Of a DNA stretch of 64,000 bases, positions 55,933 to 63,369 are shown in pieces. The stretch is taken from positions 32,001 to 96,000 of IMG/VR virus record IMGVR_UViG_3300046804_003518; one strand, 5' to 3'. The position numbers were made by a program, and so were the translations under genes. Origin of the DNA: a virus. The number at the start of each line of letters is the position of its first letter. Positions within the stretch are counted from its first letter, which is position 1. Below the pieces are notes generated by a model. That model had not been told where the DNA came from. It worked only from the letters and a program-made list of their open reading frames with translations, and searched no databases.

Positions 55933-56467
55933 TTTTGAGCAGTTAGAAATCCTCAGTAGGGAGGATATAGAATATCTTAAACAAATGTATGAGAGATATC
56001 CCAAACAATTTTGGACTAGGGATTTCAATTTGTTTAATTTATATAAGTGTGACATACCAAGACAAATGAATGCTCAAGATTTGGATTTTATGAGGATGGT
56101 CTCTAATAAAATTAAACATCATGTTGAGTTTAAGAATGATGCAGCACATTACTTTTTAAAGTATGTTCCTAATTCCTTCACAGTTGTTCATGTAGATAAT
56201 CCTCAAAGAATTAAAAGAACAGCAGTAACACTAATAGATGCTTCACCAGATTTAGTTGGTGGTGATGTTGTTTTACTTAGAGATATTGCAAAGAGTGAAT
56301 TGGTTTCAGGTCCACTCCGTCCTGAATCACCAGTACCAAATGTTAAAGTTCCGATTGTGGTTAAGTCCAAACTAGGCTCAACTCTAATATACAATTACAA
56401 TGTTAAGCATGGGGTTAGTAAAGTTGAACAGGGATATCGTTTAGTTCTTATATCATGGTTTAATTAA
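55922..56467 (+). CDS. 2OG-Fe(II) oxygenase embedded in the que cluster
   Basis: VHVD...TAVTLI...L.GGD..L...GSTLIY...KHGVSKV..G.R.VLI.WF; start uncertain (TTG 55922 or ATG 55985). Confidence 0.75.
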   Translation: MESNFEQLEILSREDIEYLKQMYERYPKQFWTRDFNLFNLYKCDIPRQMNAQDLDFMRMVSNKIKHHVEFKNDAAHYFLKYVPNSFTVVHVDNPQRIKRTAVTLIDASPDLVGGDVVLLRDIAKSELVSGPLRPESPVPNVKVPIVVKSKLGSTLIYNYNVKHGVSKVEQGYRLVLISWFN

Positions 56468-56468
56468 T

Positions 56469-56930
56469 ATGAAGAAAATTAAGTATACAAAAAAGCAATT
56501 TGATAATGACATTGAAGTTCTTGTCAAGAAAATCAAGAAGTCAAAAATAAACTTTAGTTACATTGTGGCACTATCAAGGGGCGGATTGATCCCTGGTGTT
56601 GTACTATCCCACAAGCTAAATTTAAAGTTAGTTCCAATTAATTGGTCCCTAAGAGACCATGGAGAAAAGGAATCCAATCTTTGGATTCCAGAAGATATTG
56701 GTAATGGTAACAATGTCCTCGTTGTCGATGATATAATTGATAGCGGTGAGGCTATTAAGACGTTGCTAGAAGATTGGAATTTATCAGCATGTGATAAGCT
56801 CGATTATAGTAGAGTGTTTGTCGCCTCCTTGATTTATAACAAGGATCAGAGTATAGTGCCTGAGTTTTATGGCACAAAAATTTCAAGAAAGAAGACTCCA
56901 GAATGGTTTGAGTTCTGGTGGGAGGTTTAA
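56469..56930 (+). CDS. Type I phosphoribosyltransferase (Gpt/xanthine-guanine PRT-like)
   Basis: IVALSRGGLIPG..LSH; PRPP loop VLVVDDIIDSG; W..F.WE end. Confidence 0.88.
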   Translation: MKKIKYTKKQFDNDIEVLVKKIKKSKINFSYIVALSRGGLIPGVVLSHKLNLKLVPINWSLRDHGEKESNLWIPEDIGNGNNVLVVDDIIDSGEAIKTLLEDWNLSACDKLDYSRVFVASLIYNKDQSIVPEFYGTKISRKKTPEWFEFWWEV

Positions 56931-57395
56931 ATGGTAAGTAATTTTTATTCGACGAAAAGGATTGGACCAATCTCCACTGGTCATCGTCAATGGAGAGACA
57001 ATGGCCATTGTAGATGGGCCCATGGTTATGGCCGATATGTTAAGCTGACATTTGGATGCAGCACATTAGATGATAAAATGTGGTGTATGGATTTTGGTGA
57101 TCTTCGTTGGGTTAAGAAGTGGCTAGAAGAGCAGTGGGACCATAGAATGCTTATTGCCTCTGATGATCCTCTACTTCCTGAGTGGGAAAGAATGCATGCG
57201 CTTGATGGTATTAACATTAACGTAATGGATGTTACAAAGGGTCATGGTCCTGGTATTGAGGGTTCATGTAAGTTTGTATTTGATAACATAAATCCTAAAG
57301 TTCAAGAGTTGACTGAAGGCCGTGTTTGGGTGGATACTATCGAGATCTTCGAACACGAATTCAATTCAGCTATCTACATTAACCCTGAGGTGTAA
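56931..57395 (+). CDS. queD: 6-carboxy-5,6,7,8-tetrahydropterin synthase
   Basis: GHRQW....HC...HGY...F...LD...W.MDFG.L...K..LE...DH..L...EG...FV...EHE.NSA. Confidence 0.88.
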   Translation: MVSNFYSTKRIGPISTGHRQWRDNGHCRWAHGYGRYVKLTFGCSTLDDKMWCMDFGDLRWVKKWLEEQWDHRMLIASDDPLLPEWERMHALDGININVMDVTKGHGPGIEGSCKFVFDNINPKVQELTEGRVWVDTIEIFEHEFNSAIYINPEV

Positions 57396-57397
57396 AA

Positions 57398-58345
57398 ATG
57401 GGTATTGATTACTCCAGCAAGATGCCAGATCTTGTATTTAATTATGATGACAAGTTTTATTGTGAGGAGTTACCTGACCCTCAAGTTAATCCAGTTCTAC
57501 CTGGCGCAAGAGTTCCTCTCCGTAAGGTAGGTATTGCTCCAGTTGACCTTCCTATCATGGTCAAGCGCCGTGATGGTAACACACAGCAGTTGCAGGCAGA
57601 AGCCAGCCTTTATTGCTCTTTGGATGACCCTAATGCTAAGGGATTGAATCTTTCGAGACTCTATCTCATCATGCATAATAAGATCAAAGACCACCTTTCG
57701 ATCGATGGCATCCAAGGAGCATTAAAGGAGCTTGCTGAGAAGCAAAATAGTAAGAATGCCTATTGTAAGCTTCGCTTCAAGTATCCTTGGACACAAGAGG
57801 CTCTTCGTTCTCGTAGAGACGAAAATCCAGAAGAAAAGCTTCGTGGTCATATTGCCTATAAGGTTGAACTAGAAGGTCAGTATCGTAGTGGAGAGTATAA
57901 GTTCTTCATTACTATTGATTATGTCTATAGTTCAACTTGTCCGTGTTCGTTTGAGTTGGCCTATGATGCACGCACTCATAGGCAAGCTGCTGCTAATGCT
58001 CATAGCCAGAGATCTATTCTAAAGGTCAAGGTTGAGTTTGACCCAAGTAAGATCATTTGGTTTGAGGACATTGTAGAACTTTGCAGAAAGCATATTCCAA
58101 CCGAAGTTCAGATTGTTGTTAAGAGACGAGATGAACAAGCGTTTGCCGAACTAAATGGTGCCAACCTGTTGTTCTCTGAAGACGTTTGCCGTATCATGTA
58201 CGCTGCGTTGGACGAATGGTATGACAAGGGTCGTATTAAGGACTTCTCTCTAGCTGTATCGCATGAAGAGAGTTTACATCCTTGGAATGCTATTGCGGTC
58301 ACTTCTAAGTTCAATCCTAGTGAGGTTCCTGGATGTCTGGTCTAA
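57398..58345 (+). CDS. folE2: GTP cyclohydrolase I, type IB
   Basis: KVGI....LP...Y.SL....AKG.N.SRL; YSSTCPCS.EL; AHSQRS; FAELNG.NL.FSED; HEESLH. Confidence 0.9.
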   Translation: MGIDYSSKMPDLVFNYDDKFYCEELPDPQVNPVLPGARVPLRKVGIAPVDLPIMVKRRDGNTQQLQAEASLYCSLDDPNAKGLNLSRLYLIMHNKIKDHLSIDGIQGALKELAEKQNSKNAYCKLRFKYPWTQEALRSRRDENPEEKLRGHIAYKVELEGQYRSGEYKFFITIDYVYSSTCPCSFELAYDARTHRQAAANAHSQRSILKVKVEFDPSKIIWFEDIVELCRKHIPTEVQIVVKRRDEQAFAELNGANLLFSEDVCRIMYAALDEWYDKGRIKDFSLAVSHEESLHPWNAIAVTSKFNPSEVPGCLV

Positions 58346-58725
58346 AAGATCCGTACGATTATCGCTTCCGTGGCGTTTATGGTGTCTACAATGATGCTGG
58401 AGAACTAATGTATGTTGGTTCAACATCTCTAGGTCTAAAGGTTTTGGAAGAGAACCATAGGAAGGCTAGAGAGAAGGGTTATGACATGACTAAATTTAGG
58501 ACTCTTCTTGAACTTGAAGAAAATAAGTCATGGAATTTTGTATGGTTAATTAAGCCATACAACTGCCAGCAACCACATATTGAGTTTGCCGAACAAACTC
58601 TCATTGAAGCAATGAATCCAAAGCACAATGTTGACAAGACACCATACAAGTCATCAATCTGCTACGACAGATATGCTGATGTTTTACAAGTGTATGGTGA
58701 AGAGTTGGAGTACTTAAATGATTAA
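58333..58725 (+). CDS. Single-domain GIY-YIG nuclease
   Basis: GVYGVYN...YVGST.....L...HR; IE..EQ.LI...P..N; only 130 aa. Confidence 0.7.
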   Translation: MSGLKDPYDYRFRGVYGVYNDAGELMYVGSTSLGLKVLEENHRKAREKGYDMTKFRTLLELEENKSWNFVWLIKPYNCQQPHIEFAEQTLIEAMNPKHNVDKTPYKSSICYDRYADVLQVYGEELEYLND

Positions 58726-59107
58726 GAAAAAGATTTGGGTCACGTTCCAGAAGGAAGGCATCCATTGCTATCCTGCTGCTGCAACAGATGAGAAGCTAAA
58801 GGATGTTGCATTCCTAGCCAATCCCCATAGACATATGTTCCACTTTAAGGTATATCTTGAAGTGTTCCATGATGATAGAGATGTTGAGTTTATCTTGTTG
58901 AAGCGAGAGCTCGAAGGTCTATATGGAAATGGAACATTGAAGCTTGACTTTATGTCTTGTGAGATGATTGCAGATGAACTTCTTGCATATCTAAAGAACC
59001 AATACCCAGGTCGTGATGCAACCATTATTGTGAGTGAAGATAATGAGAATGGTTGTGAGCTTGTTTATGAGCGATACATTCCTGTTCAATCAATGAAGGA
59101 TGAATAA
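58718..59107 (+). CDS. Second QueD-like T-fold protein (candidate DpdL-type CDG decarboxylase)
   Basis: EGIH....PHRHMFHFKV...VEF..LKR.L...SCEMIA..L...VSED.ENG parallels QueD HxH/DF..LK/T.E.LA/V.E but lacks the C-x3-HG catalytic pattern seen in the QueD upstream. Confidence 0.6.
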   Translation: MIKKKIWVTFQKEGIHCYPAAATDEKLKDVAFLANPHRHMFHFKVYLEVFHDDRDVEFILLKRELEGLYGNGTLKLDFMSCEMIADELLAYLKNQYPGRDATIIVSEDNENGCELVYERYIPVQSMKDE

Positions 59108-59590
59108 TTAAACTAACAGCTTATTTCCTTTTTGAAGATTCTCTTGTGAAGTAAGTATTTGGAGGTTCCATGGCACGTGAAGTCCGCATACATCAGGATG
59201 ACGAAGGGGTATAATGTGATCAACGTGATGGTCTTTAGGACAAGAATTGTATATAGCGCGGATGTCCTCCTTAAAGAATTGGCTAATTGGTTGTCGAGCT
59301 GCCTTCCTTCGCATAGAAGAGTCGTAATTATTCCATTTACGGCCAGCTTCAGATGCTCGCCATTTCTTCCCCGACTCTCTAAATGTTTCTTTGAGATTAT
59401 CGTATGAATAATAGTCACCGTATTTTGTTCGCTGTAAGTGCGAGTGGTCTTTTGACCACTCTATGTAGGACTTCTTATGTTTTTCATAATTACGTTTCCA
59501 ATAGTCTGGGTCAGACTTCTTTTTCTTCAAGCGCCATTCTTTAAGATATGCTAAACGCTTTTCACGTTCTTCCAATGTTTCTTTTTTCAT
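59108..59590 (-). mobile_element. Free-standing HNH endonuclease, putative homing endonuclease
   Basis: HHVDHIIPL....VCGLHVPWNLQIL...ENL.K.N; basic N-terminus; the only minus-strand gene, with no spacer at its 3' end. Confidence 0.8.
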
Positions 59591-59591
59591 G

Positions 59592-59620
59592 TTGAATCAA
59601 CAGATGATTTGTGATATAAT
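59592..59620 (+). promoter_or_regulatory. Sigma70-type promoter for the 59666 operon
   Basis: TTGAAT-N17-TATAAT with an extended -10 (TGA-TATAAT). Confidence 0.7.
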
Positions 59621-59628
59621 TATTTATG
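59621..59628 (-). promoter_or_regulatory. Late promoter for the HNH gene
   Basis: Reverse complement CATAAATA, about 30 nt upstream of the HNH start codon. Confidence 0.55.
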
Positions 59629-59665
59629 AAATCATGTATTTTGCCACATTTGTAGGAGACAAGTA

Positions 59666-60520
59666 ATGGTAAATTTTGCTCATATAGCCCCCATAGACTT
59701 CCTTGGATTAGTCAAGGATAGACCAGCCCACTTAACACTTGCTCATCTTGTTGATACAAGTAATGAGTATACAGAGTTTTATAGAGCTCAAAACAACAGT
59801 CTCAACATTATGGACAATAGTGCATTTGAGATGTATAAGCAAGGTAAGCCAATGCTAACTCCAATGAAGGTATTGGAGATGGCAACCATCATCAAGGCTG
59901 ACTATGTTGTGATGTCTGACTATCCAGGAGAGCATTCTTCTAAAACTATCCAAGCTGCTATCGATCTTGCCCCATTGTTTAAAGGTCAGGGGTTTGGTAC
60001 ATTCTTTGTACCTCAATCTAAGATTGGTGATATTGAGGACTTAATTAGTGCCTTTGATTGGGCATCAACATCTAAGCATGTTGACTACATTGGTGTATCC
60101 ATTCTTGGTGTACCCAATGCATATAGTGTAGAGAAGGGTAATAAGCTTCAGCGCTTTGTTGCTCGCTTTATGTTCATGCAAGAGTTATATGACCGTGGCA
60201 TTCTTCAGCGTATTCGAAGAAACAAAAAGAAGATCCACTTCTTAGGTATGGTTGATGGTCCAAATGAAATTAAGTTGATGGAACCATATAGAGACTATAT
60301 CGACACATGGGACAGTAGTGCTGGTGTATGGCTAGGATTGAATGGTGGAACATTTGATGGTAGTCCAACTGGTATCATTGATGGTAAGTTTGAACTAGAA
60401 GTAGACTTCGATCTCAAACAATCTCAAGTCTCCATTGACAATTACAAGCTAGCCAAGTATAATATGGACTACATTGATAGCATTGTAACCAAATATTTAA
60501 ATGATGATGCAGGATATTAA
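59666..60520 (+). CDS. TGT-fold protein, candidate DpdA-type deazaguanine DNA transglycosylase
   Basis: IMDNSAFE (compare TGT/DpdA LDSGAF), VVMSDY, KIHFLGM, DTWDSS (compare H.LG and S.DSS); adjacent to the que genes. Confidence 0.62.
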   Translation: MVNFAHIAPIDFLGLVKDRPAHLTLAHLVDTSNEYTEFYRAQNNSLNIMDNSAFEMYKQGKPMLTPMKVLEMATIIKADYVVMSDYPGEHSSKTIQAAIDLAPLFKGQGFGTFFVPQSKIGDIEDLISAFDWASTSKHVDYIGVSILGVPNAYSVEKGNKLQRFVARFMFMQELYDRGILQRIRRNKKKIHFLGMVDGPNEIKLMEPYRDYIDTWDSSAGVWLGLNGGTFDGSPTGIIDGKFELEVDFDLKQSQVSIDNYKLAKYNMDYIDSIVTKYLNDDAGY

Positions 60521-60521
60521 T

Positions 60522-60806
60522 ATGGCAGAAGTGAAGTATAGATTTAGAGAAGATAAGGTCTTGATTGAGGCCTTAAAGTATATTAACGGAACCTATCAGC
60601 AGCATTATGTTGGTAAGGAGGAAGTCCAGACGATTGATGTTTGGAATTCATTAGGTAGTGTTGATACTACTGCAAGAGATACTGCTATTAAGTATCTAAT
60701 GAGATATGGTAAGAAGGATGGATACAATAAGAAGGATTTGCTCAAGGCTATCCATTACATTGTTCTTCTTTACCACTTTACCCAAGCAGAGGAGCCAAAA
60801 GAATGA
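60522..60806 (+). CDS. DUF3310-like protein (T7 gp1.7 nucleotide-kinase-like)
   Basis: HY......Q.ID...AIKYL.RYGKKDG...DL.KA.HY; ATG 60522 with AGGA RBS. Confidence 0.7.
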   Translation: MAEVKYRFREDKVLIEALKYINGTYQQHYVGKEEVQTIDVWNSLGSVDTTARDTAIKYLMRYGKKDGYNKKDLLKAIHYIVLLYHFTQAEEPKE

Positions 60807-61297
60807 TGATTCATATTATGGGTGAGCATGATTCTAAGCTCACAAATGTCCAACCAGGTGATGTTCAACCTAATGCTGTTGACCTAAGGCTTGGTAAAGT
60901 TTTTAGAATTCTCCCCAATGTGTGTACTCTATCTGAAAAACAGAAGGGCCACAGAGGTTCTGTCGAGCTACAACCAGACGATCAAGGATTCTGGCATCTT
61001 GAGCCAGGTACGTATGAAGTCGTGATGGAGAACATTATCGAAGTGGGTCAGGGTGAAGCTGGATGGGTTATTACTCGTTCAACTCTAAACCGTAACGGTA
61101 TCTTCCTAACTTCTGGTCTATATGATTCTGGCTATCATGGCGTAATGGCTGGCGCAATGCATGTACATTGTGGACCATTTAGTATCCAAAAAGGAACTAG
61201 AGTAGGCCAATTTTTATTATTCAAGGCTGAGAGCTTACATAAATATGATGGTAGTTATGGCTTGAATAAAGAGCATGATAAAAAGTATGGTGTATGA
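60803..61297 (+). CDS. dCTP deaminase / trimeric dUTPase family protein
   Basis: QPNAVDLRL, L.PG.Y, RSTL.RNG, ..SG.YD.GY.G. Confidence 0.82.
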   Translation: MMIHIMGEHDSKLTNVQPGDVQPNAVDLRLGKVFRILPNVCTLSEKQKGHRGSVELQPDDQGFWHLEPGTYEVVMENIIEVGQGEAGWVITRSTLNRNGIFLTSGLYDSGYHGVMAGAMHVHCGPFSIQKGTRVGQFLLFKAESLHKYDGSYGLNKEHDKKYGV

Positions 61298-61796
61298 TTT
61301 GATTGACCACAAGAGTGCAATCTTAGAGCAGGAGTTGCCTCTTTTTGATTTTGAAAATCCTCCTGTCGATCCAATGGAGCTTGCCAAGAATCTTCTTGAG
61401 ACAATGCGTCACCACAAGGGGATCGGGCTATCAGCTAATCAAGTAGGACTTCCATATAGAGTGTTCATTATGGAAGGTGAACCTGCATTTGCGTGTTTTA
61501 ACCCAAAGATTGTTGATGTTTCAGAGGAAGTTGTTTCTCTCGTAGAAGGATGTTTATCATACCCAGGTGTTGCTGTTCCTGTGAAGAGACCAGCTCACAT
61601 TCGTGTTCGCTTTTCAGCACCAGATGGTAATACAATGACGAGAAAGTTTACTGGCATGACAGCTAGAATATTCTTACATGAGTATGACCATCTCCAGGGA
61701 ACAAATTTTCTTCAGAAGATGCACCCTGTACATAAAGAAAAAGCTTTAAGACAGCTAAAGAAATATACACGTTATTTGAAAAACCAACAGAGGTAA
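61275..61796 (+). CDS. def: Peptide deformylase
   Basis: GIGLSANQVG, EGCLS, HEYDHL; start at 61275 or 61287. Confidence 0.95.
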   Translation: MIKSMVYDLIDHKSAILEQELPLFDFENPPVDPMELAKNLLETMRHHKGIGLSANQVGLPYRVFIMEGEPAFACFNPKIVDVSEEVVSLVEGCLSYPGVAVPVKRPAHIRVRFSAPDGNTMTRKFTGMTARIFLHEYDHLQGTNFLQKMHPVHKEKALRQLKKYTRYLKNQQR

Positions 61797-61801
61797 TTGT
61801 A

Positions 61802-62107
61802 ATGAATATTAAAATTGTTAAGTTAGTAAACGGTGACGAGATCATTTGCGATCTTGAAGAGACCAAGACAAAGTTGAAGTTGAAGAAGCCTTTGCTTCTC
61901 GCCTTCCAGGAAAACCGCTTGGTATTTGTTCCATTCATGCAGTATACAACTGCAATGGAAGGATTTGAACTTCTACCAACAAGCGTATTGTTTGTAACTG
62001 ATCCAGTTGATTCTCTAATCAATGACTATCAGATGGCCACAAGCCAGATCTTAACTCCACCACAGGCTGCGGGTGGCAAGAAGAGTCTCCTTCGCGCAGT
62101 GGAGTAA
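61802..62107 (+). CDS. Conserved Sm-like hypothetical protein of T4-like phages
   Basis: IKIVKL.NG.EII...LKKP...F.P.M pattern. Confidence 0.6.
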   Translation: MNIKIVKLVNGDEIICDLEETKTKLKLKKPLLLAFQENRLVFVPFMQYTTAMEGFELLPTSVLFVTDPVDSLINDYQMATSQILTPPQAAGGKKSLLRAVE

Positions 62108-62113
62108 TATCTA

Positions 62114-63076
62114 ATGGAAATTAAAATTGAAATCGAGGAGCTACGAAAGAGATCCCTCTTTGTAGCAACTCCAATGTACGGTGGCCAGTGTCATGGTAAC
62201 TATACTCGCTCAATGTGCGACCTAACAGCACTTTGTGTAAAGTATGGTATCAATATGAAGGTCTACTACCTATTCAATGAGTCGCTAATCACCAGAGCAC
62301 GTAACTACTGTGCCGATGAGTTTATGAGAAGCGATTTCACCCATATGATGTTTATTGACTCCGATATCGGATTTGATCCAAACGATGTTATTACATTGTT
62401 GGCTCTTCAGTCCGATGAATCACCATATGACATCATTGGTGGTCCATATCCCAAGAAGTGCATCTCTTGGGAAAAGGTTAAGCAAGCTGTTGATAAGGGT
62501 GTTGCTGATGAAAATCCAAACGCTCTTGATCAGTTTGTCGGTGACTATGTTTTCAATCCTGTTATCGCTAAGGAAGGCCCAACTCAGATTAAGTTGAGTG
62601 AGCCAGCTGAGGTACTAGAGATTGGTACTGGCTTCATGATGATTCGTAAAAACACATTCAGGAAGTTCCGGGAAACATTCCCATATCAGTCATATAAGCC
62701 AGACCATGTTCGTACAGAACACTTTGATGGTTCAAGAGAGATCTTTGCTTTCTTCGATACACCAATTGATGGCAAGAGAATGTACATGGGTGCTGAGCTA
62801 AAGGCATACTTGGAAGCTAATCCAAACGCAACACCTGATGATATTGTTAAGTTTGTTGATGATCCAAACAACACTGTATTAAGACAGTACTCGAAGAGAT
62901 ATCTCTCTGAAGACTACATGTTCTGTCAGTGGGTTCGTAACATGGGCTTGAAGGTTTGGTTGTGTCCTTGGATGCAGTTGAACCATACTGGTTCTTATAC
63001 GTTTGGTGGTAGCCTAGCTGCTCTAGCGTCTGTTGGTGCAGCGGCGACAGCCGACATTTCGAAAATTAAAAAGTAA
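62114..63076 (+). CDS. GT-A fold glycosyltransferase
   Basis: VATPMYGG; ESLITRARN; THMMFIDSDIGF (DXD); GTGFMMI; YLSEDY.FC; L.H.G. Confidence 0.82.
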   Translation: MEIKIEIEELRKRSLFVATPMYGGQCHGNYTRSMCDLTALCVKYGINMKVYYLFNESLITRARNYCADEFMRSDFTHMMFIDSDIGFDPNDVITLLALQSDESPYDIIGGPYPKKCISWEKVKQAVDKGVADENPNALDQFVGDYVFNPVIAKEGPTQIKLSEPAEVLEIGTGFMMIRKNTFRKFRETFPYQSYKPDHVRTEHFDGSREIFAFFDTPIDGKRMYMGAELKAYLEANPNATPDDIVKFVDDPNNTVLRQYSKRYLSEDYMFCQWVRNMGLKVWLCPWMQLNHTGSYTFGGSLAALASVGAAATADISKIKK

Positions 63077-63093
63077 TTTGAGGTAATTATATT

Positions 63094-63369
63094 ATGGCAT
63101 TTGATAAGCAAAAGGTGAAGGCAGTCCTTGTTGAAGTTTCCAATTCAATGACACGCATTGATGCAGAAAAGGAATTCATTAAGGATGCAATTGATGCTGC
63201 ATCTAAGATCCATGAAATTCCTAAGAAGACCCTCAACAAGATGGCAAAGGTATTCCACAAGAATAACTATGCCCAAGAGTTATCTTCAATTGAAGAGTTT
63301 ACTACAATGTATGAGAACATTGTAGGTAATGTATCGATGGTAGAACACGAGCGTCGCCATCGGGAATAA
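63094..63369 (+). CDS. dsbA: Double-stranded DNA-binding protein / late transcription regulator
   Basis: E.S.....I....E.IKD....A....I..K.LN.MA...HK.N......E....Y..I resembles T4 DsbA. Confidence 0.75.
   Translation: MAFDKQKVKAVLVEVSNSMTRIDAEKEFIKDAIDAASKIHEIPKKTLNKMAKVFHKNNYAQELSSIEEFTTMYENIVGNVSMVEHERRHRE

Noticed and set aside
59159-59407. + strand 82-aa ORF between the QueD-like and TGT-fold genes
   Set aside because: It is the antisense shadow of the HNH gene, with no motif or convincing RBS.
55012-60520. Cluster as a plain tRNA-queuosine auxiliary pathway
   Set aside because: Not excluded, but less likely: there is no queC, queF or queA here, and the TGT-fold protein lacks the recognisable zinc-binding motif and length of bacterial tRNA-guanine transglycosylase.
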